A stretch of DNA of 64,000 bases from Methanothrix sp. (GTDB taxonomy: Archaea; Halobacteriota; Methanosarcinia; Methanotrichales; Methanotrichaceae). Where the stretch lies: contig OY821645.1 in NCBI GenBank assembly GCA_963682135.1, forward strand, positions 1,536,001-1,600,000. The letters run 5' to 3'. Below, one piece after another: positions 57,297 to 64,000 of this stretch. Every line of letters begins with the position of its first letter. The stretch's first letter is position 1. The notes beneath the pieces are model-generated. The model was not told the origin of the DNA. It saw only the letters and a program-made list of their open reading frames with translations, and did no database searches. Position numbers and translations under genes: made by a program.

Positions 57297-58544
57297 ATGA
57301 GGGCCAAGCCTGTTTTGTGGGCGTCTCTTGCCATATCGGTGTTCTTGTTCGTCACATCTCTCGCATGCCTCATTCTTCAACCCAATCTGGAAAAGCTGGC
57401 GCCTGTGTGGCAGGCCAGCCTTTTCATAAGCCTGCTGCTGATTATCGCATCATATTTGGTCTCCAAAGCAGCCTCTCTTAAGACGGCTCCTTTCCTGGCC
57501 CTGGATATTATCATCTGTTCCGCCATCCTCTTTCTGATGTATTCCGGGACCATTCATGCCGGATTTGTCATCCGCCGGCCCCTTGGGGTGGGCGCATCCT
57601 TCGATTATGCTTTTATTCTTCCTCTTCTCATCTTTTTTGCCAGCTTGCTGTGCATAAAGGATGCTCTTAATATCATCTACGATTACAGCGCTCGGGGTCG
57701 AGAGGTCCTGGTATTTCTGGCCGTCAAGCTCTCCGCAGTACTATCGCTTCTCTTGCTGGGCGGAATACTCTTCATAATAATTTATAAAGGAATGGGGGTC
57801 ATCAGCTGGGATTTTCTGACCACACCCCACAGGCGCCTGGGCCAAGCGGGCGGGATCAGCACTGCCATATTGGGCTCTTTATGGATGGTTTTAGGTGCTA
57901 TGGTCATATCTTCTCCCCTGGGCATCGGGGCTGCCATCTATCTTCATGAATACTCCAAGAGCCAGAGGCTTAATCGTCTCATCACCATAGCCGTGAGCTG
58001 TCTAAATGGTGTTCCTTCTGTGGTCTTCGGACTCTTCGGCCTGGCTTTTTTGGTGACATACTTAGGTGTGTCTCTATTATCCGGCTCCATAATCCTGGGT
58101 CTCATAAATATCCCTACCATAATCCTGACCTGTCAGGAGGCCCTAAAGAGCGTCCCCAACTCCCTGCGGGAGGGGAGCATGGCTTTGGGAGCTACCAAGT
58201 GGCAGACGATAAGAAAGGTGGTCTTGCCCTCGGCCATGCCCGGCATACTCACGGGCGTGATCATTGGGGTGGCCAAGGCCTCAGGAGAGACGGCGCCTAT
58301 CATGTGGACGGCAGTGACCTTTACCGCTACGCCCGTGCAGATGATTTACGGAGTTATCCCCAATGTATTTCAGCCCGTCAATAATCTGGATTACCATCTC
58401 TTGAATCTGATCTACTTCCTGGGGGCATGGGATGTGGAGGCCAGGGCTTGGGGTACGGCTCTGGTGCTCATTGCCTTGGTGCTGGGCACCAATATGCTGG
58501 CCATTGTAGTAAGAAATCACTATCGAAAGAAGATATCCTGGTAG
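57297..58544 (+). CDS. pstA: Phosphate ABC transporter permease PstA with extra N-terminal TM segments
   Basis: GVPSVVFGLFG, REGSMALGATKWQTI, GETAP. Confidence 0.92.
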   Translation: MRAKPVLWASLAISVFLFVTSLACLILQPNLEKLAPVWQASLFISLLLIIASYLVSKAASLKTAPFLALDIIICSAILFLMYSGTIHAGFVIRRPLGVGASFDYAFILPLLIFFASLLCIKDALNIIYDYSARGREVLVFLAVKLSAVLSLLLLGGILFIIIYKGMGVISWDFLTTPHRRLGQAGGISTAILGSLWMVLGAMVISSPLGIGAAIYLHEYSKSQRLNRLITIAVSCLNGVPSVVFGLFGLAFLVTYLGVSLLSGSIILGLINIPTIILTCQEALKSVPNSLREGSMALGATKWQTIRKVVLPSAMPGILTGVIIGVAKASGETAPIMWTAVTFTATPVQMIYGVIPNVFQPVNNLDYHLLNLIYFLGAWDVEARAWGTALVLIALVLGTNMLAIVVRNHYRKKISW

Positions 58545-58596
58545 GCCTTCCAGAAATTTAGGTTGGTTTGCTGGGTGCTATTATGTAAATAAAATC

Positions 58597-59085
58597 TCAA
58601 AGGCAGGGTGCAAACCCTTGTTCCTTCCTTGTGATAAAGTCCTCCATTATCTGGTTAAGCATATTATGAATTCTGGGCACTTCATCTCTTTTGAGGTCGC
58701 ATGGCATTAGCGGCAGGGCAAGCATCATAGTTATGTCCAGCTGCATTGAGTTGATTGGACCACAATTATGCAGCATCATTTGAGCTTTTTCCGAAACCGC
58801 TGCGATGCAGCTGTGCATTGTCCTCATCTCCTCTTCACCTTGCCCAGACTTCCTGTTGCCGTTCATCTCCCAGCCGCTCAAGACTGAGGTGATCAAGTTG
58901 GACTTTAAATCCTCTGCGATATTTACCATTTTCAATAGATCCAGAGTCAATCCCAGTTTGAGGGATCTGAGTTCTCCCATTCTGGCTGCCAGTCCTTCTC
59001 GCTCCAAAATCGCCTCGTAATAACTCAGAAGGCCAAGCACGCTCTCGCTTTTTCGAGAATCCTCGCATCCGATCGCTTCAAACAT
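58597..59085 (-). CDS. Hypothetical protein
   Basis: 162-aa helical ORF preceded by GGTGAAAAAGG; no motif recognised. Confidence 0.6.
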   Translation of the reverse strand: MFEAIGCEDSRKSESVLGLLSYYEAILEREGLAARMGELRSLKLGLTLDLLKMVNIAEDLKSNLITSVLSGWEMNGNRKSGQGEEEMRTMHSCIAAVSEKAQMMLHNCGPINSMQLDITMMLALPLMPCDLKRDEVPRIHNMLNQIMEDFITRKEQGFAPCL

Positions 59086-59412
59086 CCTTTTTCACCAATT
59101 CCAATTTCCCAAGGTAACCAATTTCTCCTAATTCAAATCCGTCCAATATATTCCTTCGCTCATTAAAACACATATCTCTATTTTGTGAATATATTCTATA
59201 TACTTATTTGTCATAACCAATAATTTATGATAGAAGGAGATATCGCCAAATTTTTTTTAGTTATTTGGATTATGTTCTTCGAATAGGATGACCAAATTGG
59301 GATGAATATTGTATATAGTCTATAGATTTTACTACCACATAACATATGATTGAGCAGAACTATATTTTATTTGGCTTAACCTTACATATCAGTCCTGACC
59401 TCCCACTCGCTG

Positions 59413-60246
59413 GTGAATTCGTTGAGAAAGCTACTATGTGTTCTAGTAATCGCCTTGATCGTGGGCGCTGTCGGCACCTCTATGGTCATGGCCAAGGAGA
59501 CAGTTCGTGTCTCAGGATCGACAACCGTGTTGCCTCTGGCAGAAGGCGGAGCAGAGGCCTTCAATGACGACCAGTCCGATTTCCAGGTGCTGATAACCGG
59601 AGGCGGCACCGGTGTTGGCATGAAGAACATTGCCGAGGGCAATTCCGATATAGCAATGGCTTCACGCGAGGCTACTGAGGATGAGAAGAGCAATTTCGGG
59701 GACAAATTCCAGGAGAATCTGGTGGGCTACGACGGCATAGTCATTGGCGTTAGCAAGCAGATCTATGATGCCGGCGTGACTGCTCTGAGCAAGGATCAGG
59801 TCAAGAAGATCTACTCGGGAGAGACCACCAATTGGAAAGAAGTAGGTGGCCCGGATTCAGAGATATTGGTCGTCGCCAGAGAGCAGGGCTCAGGTACCAG
59901 AGATACCTTCAATGAGGATATCATGAAGGGCAAGAACGCTGAAACACCTGGAGTAAACACGGTAGCCGGCAGCAATGCCGAGGTCAGGACAGCCATTACC
60001 GGCAGCAATAAGGCCATAGGATACCTGGGATTTTCCTATGCAGAAGATGGGGCAGTCGGTGCTATAACTCTGGACGGCGTCAAGCCTACTGCAGAGACCA
60101 TAAAGGACGGTAGCTACGAGCTTGCTCGCAAATTGTACTTCTACACCTTTGGCGATGCCCTGCCTGGGGCCCAGGCCTTTATAGATTTCATGGTGGGGCC
60201 AGAGGGTCAGAAGGTTTCTGAGGAGTACGGCTTCGTACCACTGTAA
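59413..60246 (+). CDS. pstS: Phosphate-binding protein PstS
   Basis: Signal peptide; GSTTVLP, GGTGVG, DIAMASR, REQGSGT. Confidence 0.95.
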   Translation: MNSLRKLLCVLVIALIVGAVGTSMVMAKETVRVSGSTTVLPLAEGGAEAFNDDQSDFQVLITGGGTGVGMKNIAEGNSDIAMASREATEDEKSNFGDKFQENLVGYDGIVIGVSKQIYDAGVTALSKDQVKKIYSGETTNWKEVGGPDSEILVVAREQGSGTRDTFNEDIMKGKNAETPGVNTVAGSNAEVRTAITGSNKAIGYLGFSYAEDGAVGAITLDGVKPTAETIKDGSYELARKLYFYTFGDALPGAQAFIDFMVGPEGQKVSEEYGFVPL

Positions 60247-60297
60247 TAAATCAAGAATTTTATCTCATTTTTTTGCGGTCATCATTCATTGCCTTCA

Positions 60298-60987
60298 TCA
60301 GCCATCGTACTGATACTCATCCAATCCGTCTGTTGTTATGGTCATCAGGAAGTAGGCCAGACAATCCTTCTGGAAGCTGCTCTCTTCCTCGGGTAAACTG
60401 ACTCCCGTGATACTGCAGATCTGCTCAGCTTCCTCTATTTCACCCATCATGCGGCGCAGCCACATAAAGAGCATTATCTGCAGGGATTGCAACTTCTCCG
60501 CATCCCTGCTGAGGCTCTCTATGTCCTTTTGCACCTGTGAGTCAATTCTCTTTTCCTGTAGCATCTTAACAAAATGGGCAGTTCCCCTGCAATCAGAGTA
60601 GAAGCTTATTATTTCCTCAGCCTCTGTATCTGCGTTTAGCATGGGAAATGTCCGGCAAATACGGGGCCGATGGCTGTAGATTTTGCACTTTTTTGCCTGC
60701 GGATCAAGAAGGCAGCAGCTTCTTTCCGGCCCTATGCTCTTTAGGATCCGACATCCGGGATTTTTTCCCGGGTCCGGGTCCGTAAACCTGGCCCTAGCCT
60801 GAGATGGATTGATGCCAAGCGTTCTGGCGATCTCTGCTACATCCGCCTCATCAACCAGCGCGTAGCCTTCCCCCCGGCAGCATTCTCCGCAATTATCGCA
60901 GCAGAAGAGAACCTGGGCGGCAATCTGGGGGAAGAGGGTTTGCGGAATTTCGCTGGAAAACCATTGCATAAATGATTCTTTCTCCAT
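60298..60987 (-). CDS. YkgJ-family cysteine-cluster protein
   Basis: CDNCGECC...C..L.....C.IY..RP.ICRTFP. Confidence 0.88.
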   Translation of the reverse strand: MEKESFMQWFSSEIPQTLFPQIAAQVLFCCDNCGECCRGEGYALVDEADVAEIARTLGINPSQARARFTDPDPGKNPGCRILKSIGPERSCCLLDPQAKKCKIYSHRPRICRTFPMLNADTEAEEIISFYSDCRGTAHFVKMLQEKRIDSQVQKDIESLSRDAEKLQSLQIMLFMWLRRMMGEIEEAEQICSITGVSLPEEESSFQKDCLAYFLMTITTDGLDEYQYDG

Positions 60988-60991
60988 TCAA

Positions 60992-61639
60992 TCAAGCTCC
61001 TGCCATCGTCCGGTATAAATTCCAGACCCCTGTAGCCACAAAGCTCACAGCTACGGCACCTAAAATCAGCCCCATAATTCTGGTCATGACCATTATTCCC
61101 GTAATTCCCAGGGCTCTATCAATGTACTGCGAGAATTTAAGGATGAAGAATGTAGCCAGGAATGTTAGACTGATCGCGAGCAGCACCAGGCCTTTTTTTG
61201 CCAGGCTGTCTGCTGCGCCCATTAAAACCACCACGGTGGTTATAGCCCCGGGACCTGTGAGCAGCGGTATGGCCAGAGGAAATATGGAGACGTCTTCTCG
61301 CGAATTGGCATCCATCAGCTCCGCCTCAGTGACCTTGTTTTGCCGGCGAATGCCCCGCAGCATATCTATGGCTACCAGAAAGAGCAGTATGCCACCTGCC
61401 ACACGCAAGCTGTCCACGGTGATGCCGAAGATGCGCAAGACCGCGTCGCCGGCCAGGGAGAAGAGAATGGCAATGGCAAAGGCAACCAGAGTTGTGCGCC
61501 GGTAGATATGCGTCCTCTCTTTCGAATTCATGTTGCTGGTGAGGGTGACATAGACCAAAGTAGCTTCGACAGGGTTGACTATGATGAATATCGTAGTGAA
61601 TGCGTATACAAAGTGGATCAGCAATTCGCCTATTTCCAT
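60992..61639 (-). CDS. MarC-family membrane protein
   Basis: IVNP, FGIT...RVAGG, FPLAIPLLTGPG, RIMGLIL. Confidence 0.93.
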   Translation of the reverse strand: MEIGELLIHFVYAFTTIFIIVNPVEATLVYVTLTSNMNSKERTHIYRRTTLVAFAIAILFSLAGDAVLRIFGITVDSLRVAGGILLFLVAIDMLRGIRRQNKVTEAELMDANSREDVSIFPLAIPLLTGPGAITTVVVLMGAADSLAKKGLVLLAISLTFLATFFILKFSQYIDRALGITGIMVMTRIMGLILGAVAVSFVATGVWNLYRTMAGA

Positions 61640-61722
61640 TTTTTTACATCCTTTTGGCTGAGTAATCTTTTTATGGCCATTGCTTATCAGGATTATGAAG
61701 GAATGGCATTTTATACCGCCAC

Positions 61723-63636
61723 GTGAATCATGAGGTTTATATGAAGTGCATGCCAGAGCAGCCGCTAAAAATTCTCATCATAATGTTAGTGTTCATCCTG
61801 TTGGCCAATTGCGCGAATGCAGTCGTCGTTGTTATGCCGGGTGAGCGAATCCAGGCGGCCATAGACGCCGCACAGTCCGGTGAGACCATTGAGGTTTCCG
61901 GGGGCACCTACCAGGAGAGCCTGGTTATCGACGAACCGCTCATCCTCAAAGGCAATAGCTCCGGGGAGGATCTGCCTCGTGTGGAATCGGAAAACGGCCC
62001 GGCCATAACCATCAAAGCAAATGGGGTTGTTGTGGAAGGCCTATGGGCTAAGAGTGCAAGCGGCTGGACGGGAGATGCAGGCATATTGGTGCTCTCCAAT
62101 GACAATATAATTAGAAACAATATGGCAAGCGGCAACGGCAATGTGGGCATTTTCCTTCAAAAGTGCAGCAACAACACCGTCTTTGGCAATGTTGTTCAGG
62201 GAAACGGAAATGATGGGCTATTGCTGGAGAACAGCAGTCGAAATTTGTTGGAACGAAATGAGGTAAGCGATAACCGTTACGGCTGCAAGCTGGTAGGCAG
62301 CCAGGAAAACCAAATTATCGGAAATACATTCTTACAGAACAGAAATGATGCCATAAATTTGCAGGAAAGCCACGCCAACCTCATTGAAGGAAATAATGCC
62401 ACGGGAAGTGATAGTGCGCTGGCTATCGACAGCAGCCGCGACAACATCGTTCGCAAGAACAATTTTGTAGGAAACGAAAAAGGAATCTATCTCTCCTACC
62501 TTGACACGAGCAAAGATATGCAGTCCAAGGGAAAGGGTGTGGTCATATCCTATAACAGCATGCCCTCTTCAGAGACGGTCTCCACCAATAATTCCATTTA
62601 TCTGAATAATCTCTTCAACAAGAAAAATGCCCGCGATGATAGCCTCAATAACTGGGATAACGGTAAGATGGGCAACAACTACAGCGATTTCAATGATCCC
62701 GGCGAAGGCTGCAAGGGTATCAAGATTTGCGACAGGGAGATGTCCGTCTCCGGGGGGCCCAGCGTGGACCGCTATCCACAGGCGTCCCCTGTCCCTGTTC
62801 CGGGTAGATTTACGGGCGCGGGAGGGGCAGCTATGCAGTTTTCCGCCAAGAGCTATCTTCCCGGCAGCAGGATGGATCTGAACTTCACAGCACCAGTAGG
62901 CCAGGAGGTTTGGGTAAGGCAGATTGTACCCGCTGCCTCGGGCCGGAATGATTCGCAAGAAGATCTCTATTTAGGACAGAATATCACCGGGGATGCCTGG
63001 CTCACTGCTCCTCAAGAGGTGGGCTCTTATCAGCTGGAGATGCTCAACCGGAATGGCACAAAGGTTCTGTCTGTGCCCTTCAGCGTGGCAATACCCAGCA
63101 TTTCTGCAACCCCTGCATCAGTTTATACCTGTGTGAAGATCATCGTCTCCTTCCAGGGTGCCTTCGGCCAGAAGGATGACTGGATCGGCTTGTACCGGGA
63201 CGGCTCCTCGGATGCCATTGAACGTCAGACGCTGGGCAGCCGGGATTCGGGAAATGTCTCGTTCTCAGCATCCGACGCGGGCAGCTACCTGTTCAAGATG
63301 TTTGCCGGCGGAGCTAATCTCCCTCAGGCCACAAGCAATCTCGTTGAGGTAAAACCTAACGCTGGCCAAAAGGTGACTGCTGAGCCTTCAAGGGTAGCTC
63401 CTGGCGGAACTGTTACCATCACCTTCTGGGGCGCGGCCCCTGCCAGTGTGATCGGCATGTATGGCATGACCCGGCCGGACAGGTTCGATCTGGGGAAGGT
63501 CTCTACCGGAGGGCGAAGCTGCGGCACCATGGTCAGGCAGCTTCCTTTTGAGCCCGGCCAGTACGACTTCCGCCTGTTCCAGGATGACATCAACCGGCCG
63601 CTTCTGGCCCAGAGCAATGTGGTGACGGTGGCCTGA
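61723..63636 (+). CDS. Secreted NosD/CASH beta-helix surface protein with C-terminal Ig-like repeats
   Basis: Signal peptide; IQAAIDAA..G.Y.E; NN-rich repeats; DWIGLY / VIGMY...PGQYDFRLF. Confidence 0.87.
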   Translation: MNHEVYMKCMPEQPLKILIIMLVFILLANCANAVVVVMPGERIQAAIDAAQSGETIEVSGGTYQESLVIDEPLILKGNSSGEDLPRVESENGPAITIKANGVVVEGLWAKSASGWTGDAGILVLSNDNIIRNNMASGNGNVGIFLQKCSNNTVFGNVVQGNGNDGLLLENSSRNLLERNEVSDNRYGCKLVGSQENQIIGNTFLQNRNDAINLQESHANLIEGNNATGSDSALAIDSSRDNIVRKNNFVGNEKGIYLSYLDTSKDMQSKGKGVVISYNSMPSSETVSTNNSIYLNNLFNKKNARDDSLNNWDNGKMGNNYSDFNDPGEGCKGIKICDREMSVSGGPSVDRYPQASPVPVPGRFTGAGGAAMQFSAKSYLPGSRMDLNFTAPVGQEVWVRQIVPAASGRNDSQEDLYLGQNITGDAWLTAPQEVGSYQLEMLNRNGTKVLSVPFSVAIPSISATPASVYTCVKIIVSFQGAFGQKDDWIGLYRDGSSDAIERQTLGSRDSGNVSFSASDAGSYLFKMFAGGANLPQATSNLVEVKPNAGQKVTAEPSRVAPGGTVTITFWGAAPASVIGMYGMTRPDRFDLGKVSTGGRSCGTMVRQLPFEPGQYDFRLFQDDINRPLLAQSNVVTVA

Positions 63637-63709
63637 GCCCGGGAGCTGCTTTCGGGGCCCTCTTGCCGCAAGGATTATGGCTTTAAGGCAAGAGTGCGAA
63701 TCTAGGGCC

Positions 63710-64000
63710 ATGGATCTTGAGACCAAGGCGCTCCTGCTATCCGTGGGAACAGTACAGCTGGCCGGTCCCCACGCGGGCGGGCGCGCTTCCACCGCGGGAC
63801 CCGGAGCCGGGGGCCAGTCCGTCTTTTTTCAGTCCGGCCCTCACCTGGTCCGCCTATCGGTAGCGGAAAGCTCGCCGCTACATCTGGAGAGTCGTGAAGA
63901 TGGTGTGGCAATTATCAAGGACGGTCGAGAGATCGCCCGCGGCCAGCTGGCAGAGCCGCTCCTGCACTGTCCGGAGCAGGCCTACATCACTGTCTCGGAG
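63710..64000 (+). CDS. N-terminus of a probable radical SAM protein (runs off window)
   Basis: Manual translation MDLETKALLLSVG...STAGPGAGG.SVFF...HCPEQAYITVSE. This resembles the archaeal biotin-synthase-related family just before CxxxCxxC, but that motif lies outside the window. Confidence 0.6.
   Translation, partial: MDLETKALLLSVGTVQLAGPHAGGRASTAGPGAGGQSVFFQSGPHLVRLSVAESSPLHLESREDGVAIIKDGREIARGQLAEPLLHCPEQAYITVSE

Noticed and set aside
1-64000. tRNA, rRNA, SRP or RNase P RNA genes; integrase for the aroC-moeA island
   Set aside because: No diagnostic motifs were found by eye, and no tyrosine or serine recombinase ORF is present in the window.

Overview
This is a chromosomal window from a methanogenic archaeon, most likely Methanothrix/Methanosaeta, inferred from archaeal informational genes, a Methanosarcinales-type S-layer domain and expanded TPR/NosD surface proteins. 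The core blocks are: nrdD and sod at the left edge; the priS-GINS-rpl44e-rps27e-aIF2alpha-nop10-PAC2-pmbA-prs cluster; aroC; moeA-priL-pcn-tfs; histone-gatE-cdc6; and pstCA/pstS. There are two accessory zones. The first (about 2-17 kb) holds many bacterial-like genes (MerR-GyrI, GNATs, RsgA, AlkD, agmatinase), a TnpB 3'/right-end remnant, RelBE and a HEPN-motif plus TIR gene pair. The second (27.85-47.46 kb, between aroC and moeA) is built from three tandem units separated by diverged moeA-5' and aroC-3' relics. One junction is a clean crossover in a 21-bp microhomology (encoding AQGEAAE) shared by aroC and moeA. The units carry variable surface cargo (transglutaminase, TPR, S-layer, Cache), two IS481 elements with 15-bp target duplications (one interrupted by an IS1634), a PemK-type TA module, and two diverged copies of a ~185-nt non-coding element with apparent base-pair covariation. 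All calls come from manual reading of the sequence and motif recognition; no database searches were run.
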